From NCBI GenBank assembly GCA_001938485.1, contig MQRK01244657.1:53752-106742 (forward strand): DNA of 52,991 bases. Reading direction: 5' to 3'. The DNA comes from Girardia tigrina (Eukaryota). The notes beneath the pieces are model-generated. The model was not told where the DNA came from and did not search any database. It saw only the letters and a list, made by a program, of their open reading frames with translations. Shown piece by piece: positions 1 to 13,102 of this stretch. Every line of letters begins with the position of its first letter. Position 1 is the stretch's first letter. The translations under genes were made by a program, and so were the position numbers.

Positions 1-129
1 GTACGTGTTAATATATGTAAAATTTTAAATTGTAATAAATGTTATTTTTCTGTTGTATATTCATTTTTTGAACTTTATGTCATTTTGTTCTCAAATAGCT
101 GCCGCACCCTGTATTTTCAAAAATATCTT

Positions 130-190
130 AATGATCGAAAATTGAGATGCGGGTTATACACGGGTACGGGTTATCCGCAGTAAATCTTTA
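130..190. mobile_element. possible 3' end of a pogo/Tigger-like DNA transposon
   Basis: Tandem GCGGGTTATACACGGG/ACGGGTTATCCGCAG motif resembling pogo-type subterminal repeats; no partner end in the window. Confidence 0.3.
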
Positions 191-653
191 TTTTAATTAA
201 TTTTACTATACTTGTATTTTAAACAAAAACTTATTTTCTTGTAACTATGTACTACATAGCGTTGTTTTATATATTTAAAAATTTTCAATTGTTTTTTTTA
301 ATTTGTGTGAAATATTATAATTTGCAGATGAAAAGATTTTGTTCGTTGGTACTTTTTCGAATATAAACTCAATCGGTTTATTAATACTCTAATATTCCTA
401 GTACAACTGGAAATTTTGGGGTATCGTCTTCGTACTCTATTTAAGAAAGTCTTTCTGTTACCTTTGATAAAAATTATCGATGATCCCCTGCGGTGTTGAT
501 GTTTCAATAGAGAAAAAATTGAAATTTTTAATTTTTTTACTTATTATTTTAAATAAAATTTTTTTGAAAAATATATGTAATATTTGTATAAAAAGTGTGT
601 TGGTTTGTTTGTTTTTCTGTCACACTTTTCAATGTGAAATTACGGACGAACCA

Positions 654-1080
654 GAGTGAATCCATTTAAGATCGTGGTCAATCTGGATAGTCCACATCAA
701 TACAATTATGTTGGTATAGCGCTTTCGCCGAAAGACGCCCGGAAGGTGATTAAATCGATCGAAAACCGTACAAGTCGTTAAATGGTTAAATTAACACCGA
801 TTTCGAATAATGATGATTTTGATGATTTTTACACGGATATTCGTGAAAATTTTTATCAAATTTGTTATCTTCTGATTCATGGTTTGTCAGTCAAACTCAA
901 ATTTTACTATAATCATATATATGCTGATAAAATGAGAAATAGTTGAGGAAAAGTGAGTGAATCCTCGTAAAGTTGAGATAGCTCTGCATAGTCCGCATCG
1001 AGACGGTTCTGTCTGTACAGCGCCTTTGCCGAAAGGCCCTGGGAGCCGATTTATTTGACTGACTGTTAAATTAACACATA
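654..1080. repeat. two diverged tandem copies of an interspersed repeat (possible HINE/Helitron-type)
   Basis: 654-800 and 955-1080 share GAGTGAATCC...ATAGTCCRCATC...GCCGAAAG...GTTAAATTAACAC. Confidence 0.4.
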
Positions 1081-2799
1081 ATTCAAAATAATTAATAATA
1101 AAGTATAATAATTACGAATTAAAAATTAAAACAGAAACTTTCAAAGTCGAAAATTCAGCTGACTCGTTATATATGACGGATATTTTTCTAATATTAAATA
1201 TTTTTCTTGGTGAAAATAATGTTAAAATAATATAGAGCTTGAACGAAAATTATTATTTATATTTTTTGGTATATATCTAATATTTATTGTTAGATATCTT
1301 TTTGTGATTTCATATAAAATTTTACCATTTTAATTTAACCTAAAAGTCAATAATTAGCAAAAATCTAAACAGAAAAGAGAAACATTTGGCATATTTATGA
1401 TTTAGTGACTCAATTGCCATTTGCCTTTCATTTTATGGGAATCCCGGAATCTTTATATCTATTATCGAGCTTTCATAATTTATAAATGCATGGAAAATAT
1501 TTATCCTTTTTTAATATGTCAATTAAAGGCAAGTGGTTTTATAGGAAAATGCCGGTAGAACAGGTGGGGACATGGGAGTTACTACTACCATCATTTAGTT
1601 AGTCATTAAATGGTTTCATGGAACAGATGTACCCATTCGAAATTGGCTGTGTTTCCCCACTGCAACCGTCCCATCAAGTGTGGTTTATATAAAAATATTA
1701 TAAAAATTCCTTTTTAAAGTACAAAATATTTTAATATATAAAGCATTTAATATTCTATTGTTTTCATTTGAAGCCATACCTTTTTGTATCAGAAATAATA
1801 ATAATTTATTATTATTAAAAGAAATAAAATATACAATTGTGAGTTAAAATAAAAGGGAAGAAACGAAACGAGACGAAAATCTTAAATCAATTTATTTTTA
1901 ATTAAATTTTGACACCTTTTTATGTTTTCTGATAATAAGTCCGGATGGACCGCTCAAACGGTCGTTAAGTATCTGCATCGACACTCCACTATTCACAACA
2001 GTGAAACAATAAATTGAAAGGACAACTTCCGATTGTTGAAGTTATTGGATAATTGAATATTTGATAAACAATTATTTCAGACAATAATCTAAAACATAGA
2101 GACAAAACTTTAATTAAAACTTTTTTTAATAAAAACGATTAATTCAATAATTTATTTGTACAACCATTATTTGGAATTCCATTGTTTTCATTGTGTATAC
2201 CTTTACTGGTTTTAACAAAATACATTTCGTATATTTAAATAATTGAAAACAAATGTTTGTGTATTATATTGTGTTATATTATATTATATATTATTAGGTT
2301 GTCAAGTATGAAAATTGTAGATCTGAAGTCAAAGTTTATTGATAATTTACTAATACAAATATTTGTGTCATTCATCATAGCATGCTCCCATATTATCGAA
2401 ACACTTTTGCAATTTGAACGGCAGCTAGTTGAGGCTAATTGATTAAAAATTTGGTAGGCGAGTATCTATAAATTCCTGGAAGTTCACTGTTGTGATTAAT
2501 TAGACGATCATCGGGTCGGATTTGTGATGGAGGCGGCAGAGGAACGCAATAATAAAACTCGGGCGCACTTCATAGCTCGTATATCGGCTCTTTCCAACGC
2601 CGTATGTTTGTGGATTTATCAAATCGATTTCCAGGATATTGGTCGGGAGAGAATAAGCATCTTCGATCGTTTTTTAAATTAATTTTTTAGTATTAATTTA
2701 ATTTGTTGATCCACTTTATTTTTGAATCCCATTATAAAGGAGCAACAGTAAAAACTGGGATAAAAAGTTTTTTTTTGTGAAAATTAATTATTGGTAAAA

Positions 2800-3790
2800 A
2801 TTTTAATAATTTATCATACACATAAATTATTTTCGTATGTGGAAATTCACGGAAAAAAAATTCGTTGATTAATGGTCACTACATTCACTTTTACGGTATC
2901 TTCGGAATTCAATTTTTCCTATCAAAAGGTTGTTAAAATTAAGGAAAAAATTGTAGTCAATTGAGATAAGGTCTGGTGAGTATGGACGATGATGCAGAAG
3001 TTCAACTCAATGTCATGCAGTTTTGTCACGGTCTTATGTGCAGTATGTGTTTTTGAATTGTCGTGGAGCGAGATGGGAGTTGACTTGTTTACAAAACACA
3101 GCTATCTTTCTTTGCGTTTCCTCGTCATATCTTCCAATTAGTTGCAGTAGACATAGATTACATCTGCGACAGACCTCCAAACACTCATCATAAGCTTCTT
3201 TTGATGAATGCTATGCTTTGGATTGTGTTTTGGTAATTCATTTGTCTCCACTCAGCTTGCTGAACGTTTACAATTATCAAATTGGATTAACTTTTTATCA
3301 TAAGTGACGATTCGATTCAAAAAGTGAACGAATTTATAACGAGAAAGCATCACGAAGCAAGTAACCAAACACTTTTGTTTTTGCTTTTCACTAAACTCAT
3401 GTGAAACCCTCTTATCCAACTTTTTCTTTTTAACAATTTCAACCAAGTGATTCAATATTATTTGTTTTGTAATAGCAAACTGTAGCAATAAATCATGAGC
3501 ACGTTGTGATGAATCTGACTCCATGGTTATCTTCAGTTCATCATTGTCTACCTGCGTTCTTAGGCAACATCGAGACTCATTAACGAGGTTAAAATTACCT
3601 TTCACAAATTTCTTGAACTAATTTGAGACTATCTGTTGCGTAGTAGCATTTTATCTCAATACACTATTAATTATTCTGACGGTTTTGATGATGGGATTCT
3701 ACTTAGAAACTCATACTTCATAATAGATCGAAATTCTGTCGGGCGGAACATTATATTATATTATATTATATCTGTAGTAAACTATTTCTA
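2800..3790 (-). mobile_element. degenerate mariner transposase remnant
   Basis: ORF 3252-3605 reads KKLDKRVSHEF...FLNRIVTYDKK (decayed WVPHEL and TGDEKW motifs); LHDNSKTH follows in a shifted frame. Confidence 0.8.
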
Positions 3791-4899
3791 TGAAATGGAA
3801 CATTCTCTTCTCATTGAAAATTTTTTATTATAAAATTGTTGTCTCAATCAAGTTTTGGATGAAATTTTTCAAGAATAATGACTTAGTAAAAATCTTAAAA
3901 TCAATAAAATAAACAACAGTTAAAAATTTTTTGAAATTTTAATTTTGTTATTTTGTAATTGTTGCGTGTTTTTTTCCAAATAACAAAAAAAACATTTTTG
4001 AAATTGTTTTTTATTTAATTTAAATTATCAATTTTAATTGATAAAGATTTTTTATATTAAAGTTGGTCAAATACAAAACAAATACAGGATAAATACAAAA
4101 AATATTGTATTCCGAAAATTCAGGATTTTCCATTAATCTTCTATAAAAATGAAAATTGGGGTTATCTATAATAAATATAAAAGCTAAAATGACTTTTTTG
4201 GAATAAGAAGCATAAATTTCCATGAGAAATTCTTTAAAATCTTCTCCATTGACTGGGCTTTAATAAATTTTATGATAAACCATATAATATGCTAGATTTG
4301 GACATATTTGATGAACCCTTTATTGGAATCAAACTCAAATTTAAAATAATTTCAAAATTCTACTTTAATAATATTTTCTGTTTTTTAAAACAAATTTCCG
4401 CGGAACATTATTTGAAATTCACAAACTTTATAAATCAATATTGTGTAAAATAAATATGAATGCGTTAAAATTTTAATTAAAATTTTACAACCTCACAATT
4501 TTTTTAAATTTAGAATTTCTCAATTATTAACAATTTTGAAATTTTACAATTTTATATTATTAACGTTCAAAAATTTTCGTAGGTACAAAATCAAAACATT
4601 CCCTCTTTTTTGAAAATTTTGAACTTTTCAACATTGCATAATATTTCTTCCATTTTTTCTTGAGTCTGTAACTCCTCTCGTGCATCTGTATATAATTTCG
4701 TATTGATATTCAATTCTTTTCTTTCCGCCTTTCCTTACTTCATTTTTGTCACAGACTAAATGCTCAATCTTGAATATTCTTCCTGTCTCTTTTTCTTCTG
4801 GGTTGTTCTTATTTTTTGTATTACTGAAGCATTGTTGTTGATATATTTTCCTACCAAACCCAACATCTGCAGGGCTGCAACCATATGAATATTCTATAA

Positions 4900-5165
4900 T
4901 AGTTTCCCAAGAAATTCCTTAATTTTTTAATACGTGATGTTCTTTTTATCACTGCCACTTTTTCAAGATTTGTCTGAATATCTCTGTTGTTTATTATTTA
5001 TCCTAGGAATTTTAACTCATAGCTTTTTATCTTGCATTTTTATAGATTTACTCTCAAACCTGTCTGTTTTATTCTTTTAAACATTTATCGCATTGCATTG
5101 TAATAATCTGTCCTTGCGCTCGTAACTATCAATATATTATTCAGATAGACTTTTGGAATAGCAAG
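4900..5165 (-). mobile_element. Ty3/gypsy reverse transcriptase remnant
   Basis: Minus strand reads VYLNNILIV...MFKRIKQTGLRVNL..KCKI..ELKFLG..I...IQTNLEKV, a decayed YLDD-to-FLG segment. Confidence 0.65.
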
Positions 5166-5199
5166 AATTAATAATATTTTATTAATAATAATATTTATT

Positions 5200-5470
5200 A
5201 TAAATGCATTATTTAAACAAATATAAATCTCTGAGAGTTAATTCAGGAGCATAGACGATTGGGTAATGGTAGCAATATTGCTGGACATATAGAAGTTTGT
5301 CGTTTGATAAACGATTAACAATGTGACGATAATAGATTTTAAAATACTGTACCGTAATTTTACAAATTATTGAGAGAAGGTCTTTTGTGAGGCATTATTG
5401 ATCAAATTACTTAATCCATCAATTGATGTACAAACAAAACTGTCTTCCACTTTGTTGAAAGTATTAATTA
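5200..5470 (+). mobile_element. Penelope-like GIY-YIG endonuclease remnant
   Basis: QEHRR..SNIAGHIEVC...FKILY...FCEALLIKLLNPSIDVQ across frameshifts; homologous to the better-preserved copy at ~20250. Confidence 0.65.
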
Positions 5471-6708
5471 TTTATTACATATTCACCATTTATGGTAGTA
5501 CAATTGTTGAAAATTTTGTAGAAAAAAAAGATTGTAGAAAATCCACCGAAATATATCTCAAAAAATTTTAAATAAATATATTTTTGAAGCTAAAATGGCG
5601 TTTTTGATTATTTGAAAGATTTGTCATTGTTTTTTTTTCATTGCCTTATGAATATATAAAATTATTTTAAATAATTTTTTATTTTTATTTTTCAAGATAT
5701 GCTATAAAGATATATGGTATAAAGGATAACATAAAAAAAGATTAGAAAAAAGAATTGTTTTATCATTAAATTTTCCTGTCAATAAACTTTAGGTTGATGT
5801 GACGAAAGTCTTTTCATTTATTGTTCGAAAGTTGCAGGACTATTTCGATATCATTTCTTTTAGATGTTGTCTTCCTTTTTCGTGAAATAAATGTACATGC
5901 TTTACTAAATTTGATGCCAAATTTTTATATGAAAGATTTTGATAACATGAAACTGACTGTAATTGTCAAAGAACATTCATATAAATAATTATATTTTTCT
6001 ATTCTTGTATCATTATCTAAAACTAAAAAAAATAAAGAATGACCAGAATCATCCATATTATATATTATATAATAATATAATAGAAAGGTTAAATGATTCT
6101 CAAATATATTTTATTGTCATATATAAATAAAAAATTAATTATTTATTAAATAAATAATGAATTATTTATATAATTAATATAAATAAATAAAAGTAAGAAA
6201 ATATTTTGGTGCCCTTTTGATACTTTTAGAAAATTTTGAGTCTATTCTCGAAAAGATCATTACAGCTACAGTGAGCAGTCTTACAACCTCCAAACGTAAC
6301 CCTGTTCCAAATATAATTCAAACCCAAAAATTATTTTTTTGTTTTTTTCAAAACATCTACGTGTATTACTATTTATTTCGTATTTATTTCAACTTAAAAT
6401 GTGAAAATTAATCTGACATATATATTAAAATTTCCATCAAATACTTCTAGTCATACAAATATATTTATCTAAAATACTTATGGAAATACGTGATATACAT
6501 AAATCACCATGGGCTGGCTGGCATTAGGGATCTTATGGGGAATGATAGGAAATGAAGAGATACAATTTCATACATTATCTATATCATTACTGATCAAATT
6601 TAAGATAAACTTTAGTGTTACTTCATTAATTATCATCAATTATATTTCTATACCACTTGCTTCTTATTGACAGTTGATGGCGCCTGATTATAATCTCTCC
6701 ATATTCAG

Positions 6709-7101
6709 ATTCTTTCTGCCAGTAACAATAACGACTACAGCCAACAAGTGTACATTCATATGATGAGGGAAAAGGCTTGTATCATGCTAAAATCTCTTGA
6801 TATGTACTGTTTAGTCGGACAGTCGGCCGCGTCAAATTCTAGCAAAGCCAGTATCTTAATCAAAATAATATCATTTTCAGATACGTTCGATGTAGACAGC
6901 AATAATTTTACAATACGAGTATATACCATACCAAATACAAAAGAAGCTTTGGAAAGCATTTATTTCAAAGAGAATCGGTCTGGAGGACAATTCTTAAATT
7001 GTTCTCAAGTTCTGAATTTTATGGATAATAGGGAAAATCTTGTATTAAGAATTAATGAAATAAGTAAAGGTTGGAAAGTAAAACAGACTCCACAAACTCA
7101 A
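6709..7101 (+). CDS. unc5: UNC5 netrin receptor, exon (end of ZU5 and UPA domain); upstream exons not found in the window
   Basis: ttcag acceptor and CAA|gtattt donor; YCLVGQS...FTIRVYTIPNTKEALE..ENRSGGQFL...NLVLRINEISKGWK matches the UNC5 UPA pattern. Confidence 0.85.
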
Positions 7102-7152
7102 GTATTTTACCAATTTTAATTTGAATGATTTTTAATTTATAAATGTTTCTAG

Positions 7153-7424
7153 TTGATAAAGTTTTCAATTGTGTGGAAAAGTCATGACTCTATTGGGATT
7201 TTGAATAGATTTTATTTTGAAAAAACAGATCAAAGTCAAAACAGCATTTCATGTAGTTTAGTGGCGTATCAGAATGGACATTATTCCAACCGACTGACTC
7301 TAGAACTGGCAAGTGGCAAAAATGCTTCCAAATCCGATCTTATTCGTCAGAGATCGATTGATAAAGTGCCAAAACAAGACACGACGATATACCCTTTCGT
7401 ACATCCGATTTTTGAAAATTTCAG
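7153..7424 (+). CDS. unc5: UNC5 exon (UPA C-terminal part and linker)
   Basis: Follows a 51-nt GT-AG intron in phase 0; IKFSIVW...FYFEK...ISCSLVAYQ; ends AG|gtac (phase 2). Confidence 0.85.
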
Positions 7425-7533
7425 GTACATATTTTCCTCTAGTTTAAGTGTTATAGTGTTATTAATTATTATTATTATTTCTATTATTATTATCATTATA
7501 ATGATTATAATTATATTTATAATTTTTCATTTA

Positions 7534-8804
7534 TTGGGTTGGCAACTAAGTATTTGCAGATTTCACTCATAGATGGCTTCAGTTAAATTTTTAGGTTTGT
7601 AGACGTAGTACAAATGTAAAACACATTTTGTTATTTGACAATTGGCAATTCAGCTGTCAATCAGTAAAAAAGGTTTTTTTATCGGTTGCGAAGTTTTCGT
7701 TTGGCCTTCGTTGAAAAATGGAAAATCAAAAGGAACATTTTCATCATATTTTGCTTTTTTATTTTCGCAGAGGGAAAAGCGCATTGCAAGCTCATAAAAA
7801 GTTATGTGCTGTTTATGTTGACGAAGCCTTAAAAGAACGGTAGTGCCAAAATTGGTTTTCCGAATTTCGTTCTGGTGATTTTTCACTCAAAGTCGTCCAG
7901 TTGAATTTGATGACGTCCTAATCAAAGTAATAATCGATTCGGATCGTCACAGTATAACGCATGAGATCGCAGAGAAGCTTCATGTATCGCATACATGCAT
8001 TGAAAATCACTTAAAACAACTTGACTATGTTCAAAAACTAGATAAATGGGTTCCTCATGAAATGATAGAAACGCATTTAACGCAACGCATTAACAGCTGC
8101 GATTTGCTAAAGAAACGTGATGAAAATGATCCATTTTTAAAACGACTGCTAACTGGCGATGAAAAATGGATTGTTTACAACAATATCAAGCGGAAAAGAT
8201 CGTGTAGCAGGCCAGGTGCACCAACTCAAACAACATCAAAAGCTGATATTTATCAAAGGAATGTTTTGCTATCTGTTTGGTGGGATTACAAAGGAATTGT
8301 CAACTTTGAACTCTTACCACCCAACCTAACGATCAATTCTGATGTCTACATTGAACAACTAACGAAAAAAAACAATGCAGTTGAAGAGAAGCGGCCCAAA
8401 TTGTCAAATCGAAAAAGTGTTGTATTCCATCATGACAATGCAATGCCACACACATCTTTGGCCACTCGGCAAAAATTATTGGAGCTTGGTTGGGCTGTTT
8501 TGCCACATCCACCATATAGTTATGACCTTGCACCATCTGATTACTTATCGTTTCGATCTTTACAAAACTCATCGAATGGTAAAAAAATCAATAATGATGA
8601 TGATGTCAAATCGTACCTAATTCAGTTTTTTGCTAATAAAAACCAGAAGTTTTATGAGCGTGGGATTATGATGCCGCCTGAAAGATGGCAAAGGGTCATT
8701 GATTAAAATGGGCAATACATTACAGAATAAAGTTATTTAGTTCCATGAAAAAAATTGTGTTTGATTTTCTAAAAAATTCCGCAATTACTTAGTTGCCAAC
8801 AGAA
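7534..8804 (+). mobile_element. full-length but inactivated mellifera-subfamily mariner (Famar1/Ammar1-like)
   Basis: ~30-bp TIRs TTGGGTTGGCAACTAAGTA..., TA flanks; transposase MENQKEHF (7718)...WVPHE...TGDEKW...HHDNA...YSYDLAPSDY with frameshifts and stops. Confidence 0.95.
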
Positions 8805-8910
8805 TATTTATTTTCATCTTAGCTGAATTTTCGTATCCAGTTTCTTTCCAATATATATTATTGTTCTATTTTTTTCATAAATTTTATTTTGTTTGAAATT
8901 CTCGATTAAA

Positions 8911-8911
8911 C

Positions 8912-8951
<40 letters not shown>

Positions 8952-9001
8952 NNNNNNNNNNNNNNNNNNNNNNNNNNNNNNNNNNNNNNNNNNNNNNNNN
9001 N

Positions 9002-9048
<47 letters not shown>
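8911..9048. repeat. (TA)n microsatellite spanning an assembly gap
   Basis: TA runs on both sides of an N run. Confidence 0.95.
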
Positions 9049-9053
<5 letters not shown>

Positions 9054-9984
9054 TATTTACTACTATCCAACTCAAACGTTAGACAGATATAGACAAATTT
9101 AAGGAAGAATAGATATGTTCCACTGGCATGGACTCCGCCTTGGGAAACCATATTAAAAGGATAAAATGGCTACCCAGAAGCTGTACTGAGCCATTTTAAG
9201 ACCTCAACAAGGATCTTGGAGGACCAGATGCAACTCCGATCGGCTTGGAATACAATACTGTATACAGTCAATCGCATGCATTCTAAAATTTATGTATTCA
9301 GCTGACTGTTGGGTACCAATACTTCTACGACAGGAACTTGCAAATAAGTCTTTACTAGTTTTAGCGTTTTTATTCATTCTTATTCGGTAATTTATTTAGT
9401 TAAGTCGTGTAAATTTTTCCAATTTTCAAAAAATGGTAAGTTAGACGATATGTGTCGATTCACAGACTTGGTAAAATTCGGTACAGGAAATACTGATTAA
9501 CTCAATTCCTATTTATTTATTTATTATATTATTTAATTCACCAATTCTACTTTTCGAAAATCAATCATCTATTTGATCATACGAGACTCCATTCACTAAT
9601 CAGTCATTCCTTTTTTACCAAACAAGAACCATTACAATAACTCCCATCGCCTGAAAATATCAACCTCAGAAATTAATTGTACGATAAATAAGTTATTGTT
9701 GTTATCGAAAATTTATATATAACCTTGCCTGTAACGCTTGTGAATCTACAATCACTAAAGTTAATATTTTTTCGATATTATGTTAATATTTTAGTTCAAT
9801 TTGCTAACTTTTATGTGTTCTGCAATGTTAATTCCACCCACATTACGACAATATTCATGGATTCTCCTACAAAGATGACAAGGCTTCAAGGGATGTGGTG
9901 TTACACTTATTGCATTTAAACTGATAAATGAGATGCGAACACATTCCAAATAGGGTTAGACAAGCTTATTGAATGTGTTTAGAT

Positions 9985-11771
9985 CAGTGGTGCGCAAACT
10001 ATTTTGTTGTACGACCCCTCTTCTGTATAAAATTTTGTCGCTACCCCATGGTAAATAATGGACATTTTTTCAATGAACAGTGTAGTTACAGTGAAATAAA
10101 ACACAAAATTTTTTAAGAACTGTTTTATTTATGTATAGAACTAATTTATAGAACTACAGTGAAGGACAAAAGTATTTGCTCAGATGTATTTTTAACATAT
10201 TTATGAAATATAAAATCTAAAAAGTTTAAAGCACCAAAGTTGGACAGTTGAAGATTGGAAACGTGTTATGTTCTCAGACGAAACAAAATTAAATAGAAGA
10301 GGCAGTGATTGAAAGGTCTGGACTTGGAGAAGACCTGGAGAACTTCTTAAACCAAAACATGTGAAGCAAACAGTCAAGCATGATGACTCTGTTATGGCTT
10401 GGGGATGTTTCAGTTCAGCTGGTGTTGGTGATATACAAATAATCGAAGGTATAATGCATGCCAATATGTATATCAGAATGCTTTCTCAGCATATGATTCC
10501 ATCATCAGCTCATTTATTTAAAGATGATTACATATTCCAGCATGATAATGATCCAAAGCACACAGCTAAGAAGGTGAAAGAGTATCTCACCAGAAAAAAA
10601 TATTGTAGTTTTAGACTGGCCAAGCCAAATTCCGGATCTAAACCCAATTGAAAACCTTTGGTTCAAGCTTAAAACCTTGATTAAATCAGAGGAAATAAAA
10701 AAATCAGATTAAATTGAAGGTATTAAAACATGCTGGAAAAAAATAACTAATGAGTATTGTAATTCGCTTATTGAGTCTATGCCACGTAGAATGGATCAAT
10801 TAGTTAAAAACAAAGGCTTATGGACAAATTATTAAAGTGTTTTTATGTCTTTTAAATAAATAAATCTTTCTGAGCAAATACTTTGCCTATGAGCAAATAA
10901 TGCCCATCGACTTTTCGAATTTTTCTTGTTTAATAAATAAAAATTAACCAAAATTAAAATTAAGCATATCAAATACATGTAGACGAGAACGAGAATTAAG
11001 AATATATTTATTTTTATGTTTTTGTGATTTTATATTTCATAAATATGTTAAAAATACATCTGAGCAAATACTTTTGTCCTGCACTGTATGTATTGAAATT
11101 TATGTATAGAACTATGTATCAATAGAACTAAGTATAGTTTAATATGTAAGCATGTATTTAATGAACTTTTCATAACAATATCAATTAATGAGAATGGTGA
11201 ACTGACAAAGTACTTATAATTGCGTATATATTTATATTTGAAATTGCATCCTCTGGGTCCCATAGAGATTGGTATTTTGATTTAATTGCCACTAATTTAG
11301 AAAATACAGCTTCGCATAAAGTAGGTTGATGCTAATTCAATCAAAATTGTTACCGTCTTCTTTAAATCGGTGTATTCATTTCCAATTGTTTACTAAAATA
11401 TTTGGCAAGTCCAGGACTTAAATTGAACTCGTAATATTTCGTCGTTTGAAATATATATTAATTGTTCTTTTTCAGTTAAAGTGATATTGAAATTTAAAAT
11501 ATCAAACTAGAATGGGTTGCAAATCAAACCTAATTCTTTTTTAAGAAATTTTTCAAAAAAATTTCTATCATTTTTATTAAATGTCCAGAAAAAATGTTTT
11601 TAAATAATTTTACATCAATATTAGTTTATTTGGCAAATTTTGAAAAGCACGGGAACATTTCTGTATTATTTTTATTTTGGTATTGATAAATAGATTTCTT
11701 CAAATTTTGCGACCCCCAAAATCTGTTCGCGGCATCTCCGGGGTTTGCGAACCCTAGTTTGCAGACCACTG
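9985..11771 (-). mobile_element. internally deleted hAT element, Charlie/Buster type
   Basis: TIR CAGTGGTGCGCAAACT / AGTTTGCAGACCACTG; perfect 8-bp TSD GTTTAGAT (NNNTANNN); minus-strand dimerisation motif ASTY.LCEAVFSKLVAIKSKY near 11270-11340. Confidence 0.9.
10157..11086 (+). mobile_element. internally deleted Tc1 (DD34E) element nested in the hAT
   Basis: ~60-bp TIRs starting CAGTG, TA flanks; FSDE, WGCFS, FQHDNDPKH and PDLNPIE motifs. Confidence 0.9.
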
Positions 11772-11846
11772 GTTTAGATGACACAAATATTCATTGATTA
11801 CATAATTCCTACTTGGCTATGTAAGCAGATTTATTATTCATAATTT

Positions 11847-12655
11847 AGTAAGGGGAAAATGTATGTTCGTTACCACCCCCGAGGAGGGATCACCCTAGCC
11901 TAGACAGCAACGGTTCCGGTTACGATAGCAATGGTCACAGTTACCACGGCAACGGTCTCTGTTACCAAAGCAACGCTTCTGATTTGTTCCTAGGTCCCTA
12001 GCAACGGTAGCGATTGGTCCCTGATTCCCTAGAAACGTTTCTCATTGGTTCCCAGTTCCTTAGCAACGGTTTCGGTTACCGCAGCAACGGGTTTCTATTC
12101 AAGTGCATCAGTACTTTTTTTTGATATTCTGCTTCTTTGTACCTCTAAAATCGATGTGCATTTTGTGTAAATATACACATTAAGCTAATTATAGGAAAAA
12201 GTAATCAATATATGAAATTTCTAATTGCATATTCAGATAGAAAATCAAAATCTGCATCAAACACATGATATCGATTTTTGACACTAGCACTTTTAGAAAA
12301 TTTTATGCATTGATTTTTGCACTTTTTGACATGTGCATTTTAAAAAGCACTGTGCTAGCACTTTAAAAATATCGATTAGCACATTTTTGCACTGTGCAGT
12401 GATCCATTAGCACTTTTTTCTACGGTTGCTATGGATACGGTAACCGTTACCAAGGTTACAACCGCCTTAAATCACTGTATCCGTTGTTAATGTAAAATGT
12501 CCCTTGGTTACCGTTGTTAGGGTGATCGGTTCCGTTGCTGCCTAGGCTTAGGGACCCTGGAATCAATGAGAAGTGTTACCAAGTGAACCGGAACCGTTGC
12601 CATGGCGACGGGTGACCCCTGGGGGGGGGGTAACGAACATACATTTTCCCCTACT
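11847..12655. mobile_element. non-autonomous Polinton/Maverick-like element
   Basis: Termini AGTA(A)GGGGAAAATGTATGTTCGTTACC / GGTAACGAACATACATTTTCCCCTACT; 6-bp TSD TAATTT on both sides; subterminal ~21-bp repeat arrays; no ORF. Confidence 0.75.
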
Positions 12656-13102
12656 TAATTTATTTGTGACCAGATGATGATGGCTATACCTTCGAAATTA
12701 TTTGTCTATAATTATAAAAAAAATCCTTCTTTAAATGGTGTCTTATTATGTTCAAAAATATAATACCGGTATTTTTTATTATTTAAATACAAATAAAATG
12801 GTAAGGAATTTTATTATGTATTGTGTAAAATAATAGGAAATCCAGACATTTTCCCTGAGTAGAATTGTTTCTTCGTAGTTGAGTTCTTACACTTTTATTC
12901 CTTTTCATCCCTTCTTCCTCTTGAAAACTAGAAAATATTATTATGAAATATATAAAAAAATTAAGTAATCAGAATACTTTGAATATGTAGCAAGACTCAA
13001 AATAACCACAGGAAAAGGTATTGCTCTTTAATTTAATATATTTATCGAAATTGTTTTAAATGTTAAATTGTTTTCAAAGTTTAATTTTTAAATTTAAATC
13101 AG

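Noticed and set aside
7425-7572. Apparent transmembrane poly-Ile tail of the ORF
   Set aside because: Intronic (ATT)n sequence after a splice donor
11900-12610. CRISPR-like repeat array
   Set aside because: Degenerate units with short spacers inside transposon ends; eukaryotic context with no cas genes
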